Source: Callorhinchus milii (Eukaryota). Taken from it: a DNA stretch of 64,000 nt. This document shows positions 13,085-25,394 of the stretch, piece after piece (positions within the stretch are counted from its first letter, which is position 1; every line of letters starts with the position of its first letter). The notes under the pieces are model-generated. The model searched no databases and was not told the DNA's origin. It saw only the letters and a program-made list of their open reading frames with translations. The stretch spans positions 24,244,001-24,308,000 of the forward strand of contig NW_024704743.1 of assembly GCF_018977255.1 (NCBI RefSeq), written 5' to 3'. A program made the translations under genes and the position numbers.

Positions 13085-13801
13085 TTGTTGCCGCTAATGG
13101 TTTCTCCTCCAGCCCCCGCACTGTCACGTCTGGCATCCCCCAGGGCTCTGTCCTTGGCCCTCTCCTCTTTAATATCTACATGCTCCCCCTTGGTGACGTC
13201 ATTCGCAGACATGGGGTAACTTCCAAATGTATGTGGATGACACCCAACTCTATCTTTCTGCCCCCACCCTCAACTCCAGGACCACTGCTGTCCTGACAGA
13301 CTGTCTGTCGGACATCAAGTCCTGGATGAGGGCAAATTTCCTACAGTTGAATGTGAACAAGACTGAGGCCCTCCTGATTGGCTCGCGCCAGCGCCTCTGC
13401 ACCTCAGGCTCTGGTAGCATCAACCTCTATGGTTGCACACTTCAACTCACCGCCAGTCAGGAGCCTCGGTGTCTTGTTCGACCCTCAACTATCTTTTCTT
13501 CCCCACATCCAAGCCATGACCCGCTCTACCTTCCCTCACCTCCGTAACATCGCCCGACTCCGCCGCGACTTCACCCCTCAGGCCGCTGAAACTCTTGTTC
13601 ATGCCTTCATCATCTCCAAGCTCGACTATGCAAACACCCTGCTTGTCAGCCTTCTCAAATCCTACCTCCGCAAGCTGTCAGTCTACCCCCAACCTCTGGA
13701 ATTCCATCCCGCAATCACTCTGCTGTACACTGTCCAACGCCTTGGGACGTCCTCCCGACGTGAAAGGCGCTATACAAATGTAATCCTGTTGTTGTTGTTG
13801 T
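13085..13801 (+). mobile_element. L2 LINE fragment (RT C-terminal half plus 3' tail, internally deleted)
   Basis: Encodes [21 protein letters not shown]...[10 protein letters not shown]...DIKSWMRANFLQLNVNKTE...ETLVHAFIISKLDYAN with frameshifts; ends cgccttgggacgtcctcccgacgtgaaaggcgct...(GTT)n. Confidence 0.92.
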
Positions 13802-15134
13802 AAATGCAGTATATTGTATTTCCTTAAGAATAAATAGGTTCAATGGAGGAGCTAGCACCCCATAGGATGGATGGATTGAAAACCTTCCTTTTGTGTTGAA
13901 ATTTCTATGATTTGATTCCATGATCTGAATGCAGAATCAATGAGAAAACTGCAGTATAATCGTTGGGTTGAAAGCATATTCATGTAGCTTTTATTATGAA
14001 ATATCCATCCACTTGTTATCTTAATAGGAAACAGATTATGCAATAGAGACATAAACTTCCAGATTTCTACATCTACGCACATGCAATATAATTTATATTT
14101 AAATAGCACCTTTCACTTTGGGAGGATGTCTCAAAGCAGTTCAACGTACCATCAAAAGAGGCGAAAAAATAAAACCTCCTTATTACAAACCCCAAATGGG
14201 TTCTCTTATCAGGAGTGCCTGTGACTGAGTGTTAAGCGTTTATTGGAACTGGTTAAAATAAGAGGATTGTAACAACCATCTGAAAGAAAGTTACACTGCA
14301 TTTCTTCATACACTTGTCTCACTAGATAGGACAAAAACAATTGTCTTTCTTAAAACCACCCCATAAACCCAGGGAGATTCTGTTCAAGTCAAAAAATCTG
14401 GGTTCTAGAATTTCTTTTTACTCGTTCAGAAAGAGAACAAAACAGTGGAGAACGTCACAGCTTTCCAGGAGCACGGCGCAACAGCAGAATGCCAGGCTTT
14501 TATTTTGAAGGTGGGTTTACAGCATAGAAAACTTTGATAATTTCATACTTTCCATTTGCTTGCCCTTTCGATTTGTTTTACACAGCTTGAAACACTGGGA
14601 AACATTCTTAACTGTTCATAAAAAAATGTATTTCCATTGCTGATAGAAGTATTGTGGTGTGCGTAAGGAACTCGTTAACATTGATGGCTGAGTGATGCTG
14701 CTATAATGCAGAACAGTTGTGTGCCTCAGACAGTCTCAACATTTCTCTCTTGAGCAACTGGATCCAACCAAAGTGTAACTGCAGATTCTACATAGTTCAC
14801 GTAGTTTGCTTACTTCAAGGGCAACAACCCATACTTTTCAAGTAGGATGAAGACATCAACATGTCTTCACAATGATGAGGAGTAGCAACAGGGAGGAAAA
14901 GAAAGAGAGTTTGAGGGCGTTGACTAAATACGCGGTCAAAGAGATTGTTGCAAGATTTTAAGACAAATCCTTATAGTCTTATATTGCACTTACATTGTGT
15001 GGAATTGTGCTAAGGACCAAAAGAAATATATTTTAATTAATTGTGATGAAATTACAAATGATTGCATCTTCAAACACAGTAATTGATGAGATTCCCTAAA
15101 GAGCATCTGAAATACTATCACTAATTAAAAAAAA

Positions 15135-15311
15135 AATATTTGGTCACTCAATCCGCGACTCTTGGTGGGACATTGTTCCAGTGCTCAGTTTCGCACCCAA
15201 AATATTCAGTCAATTCACTTTACAGTATATTCTGTGAAGCGCTTTGAGACTATCTCAAGAACGTGATAAGGCGCTAAATCAAATTCAAGGATTATTTTAA
15301 TATTATTATTA
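15135..15311 (+). mobile_element. SINE 3' half (Deu/L2-type tail)
   Basis: tttggtcactcaatccgcgactc...gtgaagcgctttgagac...gcgctaaatcaaattcaaggattatt; ends about 10 nt from the exon donor at 15322. Confidence 0.8.
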
Positions 15312-15322
15312 CTAGTTCCTAC

Positions 15323-15519
15323 CTGTCTGCCATCACCTCTCCAAAGTCCATTGACTGTTTGTGTTGGAGCAATAGTAACCACAGGTGGAGTATTTGCCAC
15401 TCTCTGATTTCCGGAGGGAACTATTATTGTTCCTGGAGCCCTCTTGGGTGTGCCCGTGGGAGAACCGTGGTTAGTTACTGGCGATGAAACAGGGGAATGT
15501 TCATTGCCGCGGGAACATC
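15323..15519 (-). CDS. GSE1: GSE1-family coding exon, equivalent to human exon 3
   Basis: ttctctttattttcag|GA TGT TCC...GGC AGA CAG|gtagga; 197 nt, phase 1-0, in frame with the 35138 donor. Peptide (G)[65 protein letters not shown] aligns with human GSE1 SPVSSPATNHSSPASTPKR...[18 protein letters not shown]. Confidence 0.92.
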
Positions 15520-17572
15520 CTGAAAATAAAGAGAATAAAAATAATCATGACACGGTTATATAGATCATGCAGTTTTTAATAATCAGTTGCTCGCAGCACC
15601 CCCCACCCCTCCACCCCCATCCCACTCTCAGATGCTCATCTTTATTTAAGGGGGAAAAAGATCATAAAAGAAGCAACATCAACAACCTGGTCAGACTTTT
15701 CTCCCTAGTATTAAACATACATTGACAATATCCACTACCATTAACAAATGAATATATATATACATACACACACACACGCACCACTTCATGTGAGCAAGAA
15801 AGATTTTTTAAAATAATTTTTTGCTCTTCTCTTCTTTCCTGAAGTATTCTCTTTCCCCTCTACCCGCTTGCTCTTCCAATATATCACATTCTCTAGCAGT
15901 TTTCCAGTTATCATTTCTGCTACATAGTATGACTCTTTGTGGCTCATTATTGTGCACCAAATGCCTTGTTCACCTACAAAATAGTCACTACACTAAGCAG
16001 TAAATCCTGTGAAGCGCTTTTACATGTCCTTCTGAAATGAAAAGTGGTACATCAAATGGAAGGATTATTATTACACTTGTTCGATCCCATCATATGGTAA
16101 TGATTCTCAAGCTCAAAAGATGAATATCTGAAACTGAAGAGAGTTTAGAGGACAGGTGAGTGGCAATGTTCAAGCACAATCCTTGTAATCTATTATTTAC
16201 TTGATCCTTTCAACACTGCAGATCACCCACCATTTGTCAGTCCAATTCTCAGTTTTATCTATGTCAGCCTGTACTGTTTTTAGTGTTGCTTGTCTTTCAG
16301 ATTGAGTATTAACTGCTCTTAATATTGCCACCAACAGAGAATAGTGTCACTAAATGACATGCAGCAAGTCCAGCATTCATGTCAAGCAATGCTTTATTGA
16401 GTGCCTTCAAGTTATCAGCAGGGTTGGTTACTTCCTGAACTCTATGCAAAAGGAATGGGCATGCAGTCCAAGTTGGCTCAATGTCTGATTCCCTCTTCTT
16501 CCTTTGGCAAAGCACTTAAATTCCATTAGGTTGTTTCCAGACCCTTGTATCTTGCATGGAGAAGATATGGCACATTTTGCTAGCACATCACTGAGCTGTT
16601 ACCATGGGATACTCTTGTTTATCCTTATGCATGAAGGATAATTGCTGATGAGGTTGGAGGTTATCCAGGGGGCATAGAGGTTACAAGTACCACAAGCTTC
16701 ACTATCTATAAGCACTTTGAGCAACAGAGAATAAATCAACAACCATGGCTCTTTTTGCAAAGACCTTCCTTGTTGTTGTGATGCGTCCAACATGAATTAG
16801 TCGAGCATGTGGTGCACTACGAATACTGGCTACGAAGCTTGGGGAGCAGATAATGGTGGGGCTGCTCTTATCTGTCAATATCATTTTACACATATTTTGG
16901 TGATAATTATTTCTAATTTTTCTGCAATTGCAATGTAATTGCGTTGTTTATATGTACACTTGAACCACTGAATGACATACAGATGTGAAGCATTACTGCC
17001 TGCTCAAAAAAAAGATAGCATGCAAACAGGAATACAAGATAATGCTGTCCAGAAGGCATATTGCTGAAAACTAAATGTACTGTAGGATTGTGCCAGAGTT
17101 AAGTACATCTCTGGAGACCCAATCAAATTCATTCCAGGAGCAGCTCATGCAGGTTAACTCTCCTGGAGGCTTTTCAAGGTCTAGAAATGAAATAAAAGTG
17201 GGGTTTCGGCATCTTCATTCTAATCACAATGAATATAGATCTACATGGCATGACTGTTTCAATTCAGCACTTGTCTGGTTTGACCCGGTGACTGTATTTC
17301 AGGTCTCTGAATAGAAGGAGATTCAAATAAATAAAAAAGAGCTGTCCTAGTGAAACCCAAAGAAAAGCAGCCACCAGCAACAATAAGAAGTTCTGAGGCA
17401 GTAAGGTCTCTTAATGGTTTGGAATTTATATGCCGTGAGCTTCTCCACGACACCAGGTTTCTTTCACATATAGTGTTCCAATATTTTGTCATCAGGTGGA
17501 ATGAGCATTCATTTATGCATTCATAAAATGTGTTGCATGTATTGGACAGTTACTGGCTTTACATGACCGTCC

Positions 17573-17599
17573 ATTATTATTATTATTATTATTATTATT
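17573..17599. repeat. (ATT)n microsatellite
   Basis: About nine ATT units read directly. Confidence 0.9.
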
Positions 17600-17903
17600 T
17601 TTTACAATGCAAGGATTTATCTAATTACACTTATTTAATTAAATTGATTTAAAATGCAAGGATTATTGTTATTCTTATACTATTTGTTACATGTTGTAAT
17701 TGAAAGTTGATAATATTTCAGCTTGGAATCTNAAAAAAATATATTCTAAGAAAATCCATTTGGATTTGGCTTTTCAACAGCTTAAAGAAAATATGAACTT
17801 AAAAACTAAAACATTGCTTTGCCTCATTCTTCTGAAGAGTTCATTATTAATTCACAATTGTTTCACAATTACTTTTATTTTCCATGGCCAAGTGAGAGTC
17901 TCC

Positions 17904-18065
17904 ATCATAGAATCATAGAATTTTACAGCACAGAAGGAGGCCATTCGGCACATCGTGTCTTTGCCGGTTCTTTGTAAAGAGCTATCCAATTCAATCCCAC
18001 TTCCCCGCTCTCTTCCCATAGCCCTGCAAACTTGTCCTCCCCAAATAATTATCTAATCCATTATC
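17904..18065 (-). mobile_element. CR1 LINE 3' end
   Basis: Plus strand atcatagaatcatagaattttacagcacagaaggaggccattcggc is the reverse complement of the CR1 tail. Confidence 0.82.
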
Positions 18066-18171
18066 TATCCATGTTTGATTCAAAAGCCAAGCCCAAAATG
18101 AATTAAAACCACGTATTGACTGTTCACAATAGCAACAAACTCTTGAGCCAGAAGTACCCTTCTGCCAGAAG

Positions 18172-18775
18172 CTTTTTTTTTTGGGTCAGCTGTGTGTCTG
18201 ACACATGTGGAAACCCATTACCATGCTTAAGAGTATCCAAACCAAACTGAGAATTCCATGCTTCCCACCTACACGTGGAAATGCCAGAGACAAATTGTTG
18301 GAATGGTATGCGCACTCTCTCTCGGGAGGAACACATCCTGCTTACCTAATTCTGGAATTAGGTAAGCAGGTTGAAAAGAGCTGAAGCCTGGGGTCCCCAG
18401 AGTGTGTGTTGGGGTACTTCTGAAGTCTGAACAGCTAAGACCGCACAAATTGCCATTAATATTGTTGTCTGGCAAGCTTTTTCGCTGCTTGTCCAACTAG
18501 AACCACACTACACATTAGGGCTTTGGCTTGCAGAGTTAACAGGAGCTGAGTGGTATGACTCCTTGCCCCTAGTGACTATTCTCCTCTTCCAAGTCCTGAC
18601 GATGAGCTGTGCTGTCATCAACAGTGCCCAGGAATACTGCGGACCCGCCTGGCTCAGGAACCGGACTGCAGAGACCGCCACAGAGGGCCTGGCTTGATTC
18701 TGACATTCCACTGCCAGGCTCGTCACCTTGGAGGCAGTTCAGCTCCAAGGAAACCCTGCTTACCTCCCCCAAGTA
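18172..18775 (-). mobile_element. Family X retroposon, best-preserved copy of about 600 bp
   Basis: Minus strand starts ggggaggtaagcagggtttccttggagc and ends gtcagacacacagctgaccc(A)n; internal perfect 16-bp inverted repeat at 18337-18370; at least five other copies in the window. Confidence 0.8.
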
Positions 18776-20557
18776 GGATAATCACAGAAGCGATTCTTTT
18801 GGTGTTAAGAGTGACACAAATGCAATTTAGTCCTACATGGTTTGTTTTATTCTTGTGAGCCAACTATTTCCACCAATTTATACTTGTGTAAAGAAAGGGG
18901 GATGAAGTCGAGTTTGCATTATAATGGTGGCCAGCTTGTCCATTGATTGGCACTACTACATTACAACTCAACATTGCATTGACTAAGAGGTTAAGTAAAA
19001 TGTGCACATTAGCAGATACAGACTCTTGAGGCACAAATAGACAATTCTGAAACCAAAAGGTGTATAAGACTCAGCGGAGACTACAGAAACGAAATATATG
19101 GGCCAACACATATTAATAGTTCAACTGCTCTATTGCAATGTACTGTGATATAGTGCACACTTAGTTACACCTAGCTTGATTGACTGCATCGTATAAAGGT
19201 GCCTGGTGTTTTCCTGGAACCGAGGCATACTTTAACAAATACTTTGTTTTAACAACTTGGGTCAAGGTCAGCTCATGTAAACATAATCACAAGAGGTTTT
19301 GTGCAGTGTGCAAGGTTGCCTGCCAAGTAAACTGTAAAGGAAACCTAAAATAGATGCTTCCCCAGTTTTCTGATCTGAACACAGGGTAATAAATTAACGC
19401 TCAGGACTAGGCCTCCTGTCTAAACAAAAAAGAGAGAAAGGAATCATTTGGCAATGACACATTGTGGGATTTGAGCACATTCCCAGCAGCTCAAGCTCTC
19501 AATCTGGTAGCTAGGTTGAGTGAGTTATTTCTGTAATAAAGTTTGCTGTTAAAGCGTTCCCTATTAGACTCACAAATCCGTTTGAGCTCTGTAGGGACTC
19601 TGCACAGTAAAAAATGTACAGAAAGCATTTACAGCTGGCAGTATCAGCAGATTTTCTTTTTCAAAAACTGTACCCTGCTTCCCAGTAAAATGAGCGGGTG
19701 CAACATGCTTCATACCTTTTGGCATCACATAGCATGTATAAAAACATAACACAATATAATGCAACAATAATGTCAGCATTGTTCATTGATATGTTTCACC
19801 CTATGGCTGTTTGTGGGACATTGCTGTGCGGTACTGGCTGCCACGTTTTGCCCCAAAATACCCAGTCAAACCACTTCATAGTATATCCTGTGAGGCTTTG
19901 AGACATCTCAACAACGTGATAAGGGCTATGTCAAGTGCAAGGATTATTATGTTTCAGCTTGCTTTTAGTGCCCTAAGAATGACATTAATTATACACTCGA
20001 TCTGTTCAACTGATTTTTGGAAACAGCCTTAGTGCATTTTATGCACTCAAAAGCAAGGCTGTCAACAGTACGAATACAACACTTTTCATCCAGGTAGAAG
20101 ATGGAAAGTTGCAGAGTAACATTTTCTCCTTTCTGTCATAAGGATGTACTTCACCCAATTTGAGAGAAGCATACCCTATACCATCACTCTGATATTTATT
20201 TTTTCCCAAACACCACAACACAGCTTCTGTGCATGAGACTGCCAATTTACAGACAATTTTATATTGGGGGCTTCTGCAAGCTAGGAGCTGGATTGAAACT
20301 GCCCAAATTAATTTCACACAGGTTCCTAAAACCATAAGACACATGAAGAGTCTTTCATCCTAGCAGTCTGGGCTACATTTGATCGAAGGTCGCAGAAGTG
20401 TAAGCACAGTATATCAATCTATGTTACCAACCTTTCCTATACTACTGAAACAAATTTGACAGCTACATATAATATCTCCTGTTCCTTGGTTTTAGTCTGA
20501 ACTTGGTGAATTCACTTCAGATGCATCCCTTTGCATTTGTATGTGGCTATTATAATT

Positions 20558-21003
20558 ATAATCATCATCATGATCGTTCTTGCATTTGATATATAGTTTT
20601 TTCCACATCGGGAGGACATTTTCAAAGAGCTTCACAGCATGTATTGTAAAGGACTATATATTTTGTAAACAAATGTGGCAACCAATTGACTCACAGCAAT
20701 GTCCCACAAAGAACCATCAAGTGAATGACCAATTTTATTTGGGGGATTATTGAGAAACTCCCTTCTCTTATTGGGGGATTGAAGGGAAACTCCCTTCTCT
20801 TATTAAATAGTGGCATAGGATCTTTAATGCCCACCTGATTAGGCAGATGGGCCCTCAGTTTAACATCTCATATGAAGGATGGTATTACTAACAATGCATT
20901 GGCGTATTAGCCTGAACTAATGAGTTCCAAGTCCTGACCTGGGGTTTGAACTCATAACCTTCTGATTCACAGGCTCGAATGCTACCAACTGAACCAGGCT
21001 GAC
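20558..21003 (-). mobile_element. DeuSINE (SacSINE1-like), near full length
   Basis: Minus-strand head gtcagcctggttcagttggtagcattcgagcctgtgaatcagaagg, Deu body and tail; internal duplication of gaaactcccttctcttatt (20754, 20786). Confidence 0.8.
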
Positions 21004-21874
21004 TCACAGGTGTAACCGTATCATGTTATGTACAAGTACAGTCTATGACAATGTTGTATTATATAGCTACATGCAACATCTTAAACAATATAGTTGTTAA
21101 TTGACATAATACCATAGAATCACAAATTTAGAGGGAAGTGTTTAATTTATTGTATCTCTGAACTACCCATTACCAAACGAATGGTATAGTCACATGAGGA
21201 TATTTTGAGAAGGATCAGCTCTTGGAGCCACAGAAACGATCTCTTAAAACTGTGTTATGATGGTCGTTTTGTTTAACTTCACAGTGTTGGCAAATTTCAA
21301 AAATGATTTTGCTTTTCCCCAGGTAGTGAATAAAAGTGTAGCTCTGGGATCTAATTAATATACAGTATATCTCAACAGATGTCTCAATAAAATTGGTCAT
21401 TCACTTCATGGCTGTTTGTAAAACATTGCTATGCACAAATTAGTTGCTGCATTCAGCAAATAAACATATAGTGACTCCATTTTATAGTATATCCTGTGAA
21501 CTGCTTTGGGACACCTCCCACATGAAAGGTACTATACCAAATGTAAAGATTATTATTGGTAATTTTATTGAATTTCTTCAACGCATTGAATCTGTGAGAA
21601 AATCAATAATTACACATATCAAGAAATCTACTAAGACATTCTGCAAATTAGACTCCAATGAGGGTTTGCTGCACATTTTTTTACCATCTTTAGAGAAGTG
21701 TCATTGCGTACTTATTATGGAAATCCCATTTATTTAGCATACAGAAACTTGCTGCTACAGATAGCAAAAAGTATCATCAATCGTAAAATACCTTTGTTGC
21801 ATGATGATACGTAATATTTCAGCCCCGAGGATAAAGGAAGGACAAAGAGGTACTACTACATGCTACATACTACA

Positions 21875-22186
21875 TGGAGTCCTGTAGCTTAGTGGTTAGA
21901 GCACTCGCTTTGCAAGCGAGAGATCTGGGCTCGATTTCCGGCAGGGTGAAATCTTGGACAAGTTTCCTTACTCCACACACCTAATAATAATCCCTCAAAA
22001 AAACAATAATAAATTGGTCATTTTCAATCTACGATTATTTGTGGGACATTACTGCGCGCAATTGGCTGCTGCGTTCGCCCATAAATATACAGTCAATTCA
22101 CTTTACAGTGTGTTCTGTGAAGCGCTTTGGGACGTCCTCCCGACGTGAAAAGCGCTATATCAAATGCAAGGATTATTATTATTATT
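21875..22186 (+). mobile_element. tRNA-Ala-headed SINE, short young form
   Basis: ggagtcctgtagcttagtggttagagcactcgctttgcaagcgagag (TGC anticodon loop)...agcgctttgggacgtcctcccgacgtgaaaagcgctatatcaaatgcaagg(ATT)n. Confidence 0.92.
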
Positions 22187-22689
22187 AATGTTCCTACGAG
22201 ACTGTCATTTGGCAAAATTTAGCAGCAATCAAAACAGCACATGACTGAGCAAGTAGCAATTCAGGGATGTGGGCTGTAGTCGTCGCTTTGGCAACATTAC
22301 CGCAAGCAGCAACTTGATCCTCCATATGCCAGCAGCACATTTGTACCATTACTACCAGGTTTTTCATTGTCACCATGTGCTATCATTAGGGAGCTGCTGC
22401 TGAGCGCAGTGGAGTAGGCAGGACGGATGAATGATTACCTGACTTTGCACATCTCTCTGGAAGCAGTAATGGCACCAGAGATAAGGCTGGGTACAAAGCT
22501 TCTCTTACTCCACAGCCACAAATGTAAACTCCCTTGGCCCTTGGAGGACTTCAGGCATCCATGGACCTATAAGCTGCACTGTATTTTCAAACAGGTTAAC
22601 TCTCCACATTGGGAGTTAACAGTTAGTTTATTCTGGGGCTGTGCTGTGAGACAGCACATAAGAGCTGTAGATTGAGCACAATCTCTATG

Positions 22690-23065
22690 CGTAGAATGTT
22701 TAGGAGCTCAGGCTTTGCAGTCGTAAGAAACAGAAGGGATCTTATAGAGGTGTATACAATTTTAAATGGGATTGAATAAGCAAACCCAGAACAATACTTT
22801 AGGATGCACCAAGATAGTAGAATAAAAGGACATAGGTTTAGAGTTGCAAAGGATAATTTCAGGACAGCCCATGAAGTTTTTCTTTACTCAGTGGGTTAAA
22901 GGAGTTGAACAGGTTACCAGGAAGGATGGTTGGGGGTGGACTCGTTTTTAAAAAAACAGTTCTTTGCTGTGATGGGAGGATGGCAGGATAGGTAGTTAGG
23001 GCAGATGAGATCACATAGGCCAAAGGGGCTTCTGCATCCAAACAAATGTTGTGATCTTGTAATCA
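22690..23065 (+). mobile_element. Decayed CR1 LINE 3' fragment
   Basis: agaagggatcttatagaggtgtatacaattttaaatggg (R.DLIEVY.IL.G) and ggacataggtttagag are typical of the CR1 ORF2 C-terminus. Confidence 0.7.
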
Positions 23066-23199
23066 TTTGCACAGTAGCATGTGGTAAAGAGCACAGCTTT
23101 GATCTGCACTCCCCCTTCCCCAGTTTGTGGGCTTCCATCTCTTACCATGTCTCTGCAGGAAATCCCTGGATGCTGAAATGCAAATCAGCAATCTCAAGC

Positions 23200-24233
23200 A
23201 AGACCTGCGGTCAACTGGTAGCACTCTTGCCTTTGAGTCAGAAGGTTATGGGTTCAAGCCCCACAGAGCTCACAGTAGACCGACACCCCAATACAGTGCT
23301 GGGGTAAACTACATTGTTGGAGGTTTCATCCTCGAATGAGTTGTTAAACCAAGGTCCCGTCTGCCTGTTCAGGAAAACATTAAAGATCCCACGAGACTAT
23401 TCGAAAAGATAAGCGAGTTTTTTCCTTGTGTCCTAACGACAATCCCCCCAAATAACAATTGGTTATTTACTTCCTGGCTGTTTGTGGGACATTGCTGTGT
23501 GTAAATTGACTGCTGCATTCATACATGCTTTCATTACATCGAGGCTCGATTATACAAACTCATTACTTGTTGGCCTCCCCAACTCTTCCCTCCATAGGTT
23601 GCAGATCATCCTGATCTCTGCAGCCCGTGTCCTCTCCCGCACCAAGCTCTGTGACCCTATCACCCCTATCCTCGCCCGACTCCACTGACTTCCCATCACA
23701 CAGAGGAACTGTAGTTCAAGATCCTGGTTCTCACCTTCAAAGCCCTCCACAATCTTGCTCCCCCTACCTCTGCGACCTGCTAACCCCCTACCATCATGCT
23801 CGCTCCCTCCGCTCAGCAGGCTCCGGCCTGCTTCACGTCCCCCGCCTCACTCGCCCCACTATTGGCAGGTGGGCCTTCTGCTACTCTGCCCCCACCCTCT
23901 GGAACTCCATCCTGCAGTCCCTCCGCCTCGCCTCCTCCCTTGCCATCTTCAAGATCCATCTCAAGACTCTCCTCTTCGACCATGCTTTCAATATCCCTGC
24001 TTCCCCCCCGTCCTCCACCCTCCCTGCCCCCAACCACCAGCTCGGGTCAGTAACCCTATCTGTCCAGCACCTTGGGACATCCTCCTGACATGAAAGGCGC
24101 TTTATAAATATAATTTTGTTGTTGTTGTTGCATTCGCCTACAAAAGTACAGCCACTATACAGTTTATCCAATGAAGCACTTTTTAAGACATTCTCCTGAC
24201 ATGAAAGTACTGCATCAATTACAAGGATTATTA
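23200..24233 (+). mobile_element. DeuSINE split by an L2 insertion (SINE parts 23200-23520 and 24131-24233)
   Basis: Head caactggtagcactcttgcctttgagtcagaaggttatgggttcaag; body runs to ...ctgctgcattc and resumes gcctacaaaagtacag after the L2. Confidence 0.8.
23521..24130 (+). mobile_element. L2 LINE 3' fragment
   Basis: HAFITSRLDYTNSLLVGLP...AARVLSRTK..DPITPILARLH...APTLWNS; stem-loop tail and (GTT)n; flanked by tgcattc on both sides. Confidence 0.92.
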
Positions 24234-25394
24234 AATTGGAGCTGACTTATCTTGTGTTTGGCAGAAATGCAAGACTCGTGGAGGCCTGGGAATAGGTCAT
24301 GAGTTAGTGAAACATTTATGGGGGAGGAGAACAGGGGGATTTTGTACCCTCAGAAAAGGCTCTTTCACTCTGAGGAACGTTAACCATACTTGGATAAATT
24401 GTGATCTTAGCTGGAGGGGGAGGAGCAGAGACTGAGTAGGTTAGTGATGGAAGAAGGAGGGAGTGAGGGGATATGGAGGGAGGCAGAGAGGGAAACAATG
24501 AAATCATTTTAGGAGTGTTGCAGAGGTATTCTGAGCAGGGTGCAGGCAATTGACAGGGTAGATTTGTACTCAGACCAAACCAGGTTCTAAACCAAATTGT
24601 GACACCTAACAAGAATGCTTCCAGGATATAGAAGCACCGAGATCCTCGGTGAAAAGGCTTCAAATTCTGAATAGCTCGGGCATCCAAAAACTGTTGCTTT
24701 CATTATCTCCAACATACTCCGCATTCCAAGTGTGTACTTTGAATGCATTGCCATACCTAATCTGATGGCAGCCTTCCTGTATTCCTGCTTTGTAAACAGA
24801 AGTTTGTTGGTTGAAATCAAGTTCCACTGAATTCATTTCCCATTGTCTGTAATAATAAAGCTCATCTGTAATGGATGCAAATTTGNAAAAAAAATTCAGC
24901 ATACTTGAACACCCAGATTCAGAACAGCACGGTCCATTGTGATGCTTTCCAGCTCATTATAGTATTTGAGTGCTGTCTGGACCTGTGCCAGACAGACTGG
25001 GATTAGTGCCAGGGGTCAGAGGTGGTTTCTAATGTTTTTGTCGCCAGTTCTGAAGCATAAATCTGTCTCTCAAGTGTAAACACATCCCTCTGTCCACTCA
25101 GCCACCTCAGCCTGTGGGGGAGACGAAGGGCCTTGTTCGGTGTGTTTTTTTTCCCCCCACAGGCTGCTTTGGAGCCTGTTACTCCCTTTCTGTCCTTGCA
25201 CAAAAAAGAAAAATAGGTTCTTATTCATGAATTATATTTTTTTAAACATACCGAGTTAAAATGTGATTTTACTGGGAAGTGTACATTTTACTGGGAAAAT
25301 TGTACAGTAGTAAAGCATTTGTAAAGACTCGAAAATAATGATTTGTGCATTGGGAGATCAAGATGACCAGGGCTGCTTTTAATTCCACCTCTGT

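Noticed and set aside
1..15322. Next GSE1 exon (PYPFG...QDSRF motif)
   Set aside because: Not found by eye; probably beyond the window or too diverged.
21875..21950. tRNA-Ala(TGC)-like gene (also 34297, 47949)
   Set aside because: SINE heads: no proper acceptor stem or terminator, and each is followed by a SINE body.
23627..24171. Multiple overlapping Pro/Ser- or Gly-rich ORFs (also 31222-32089, 49003-50651)
   Set aside because: Alternative frames of C-rich L2 sequence, not host genes.
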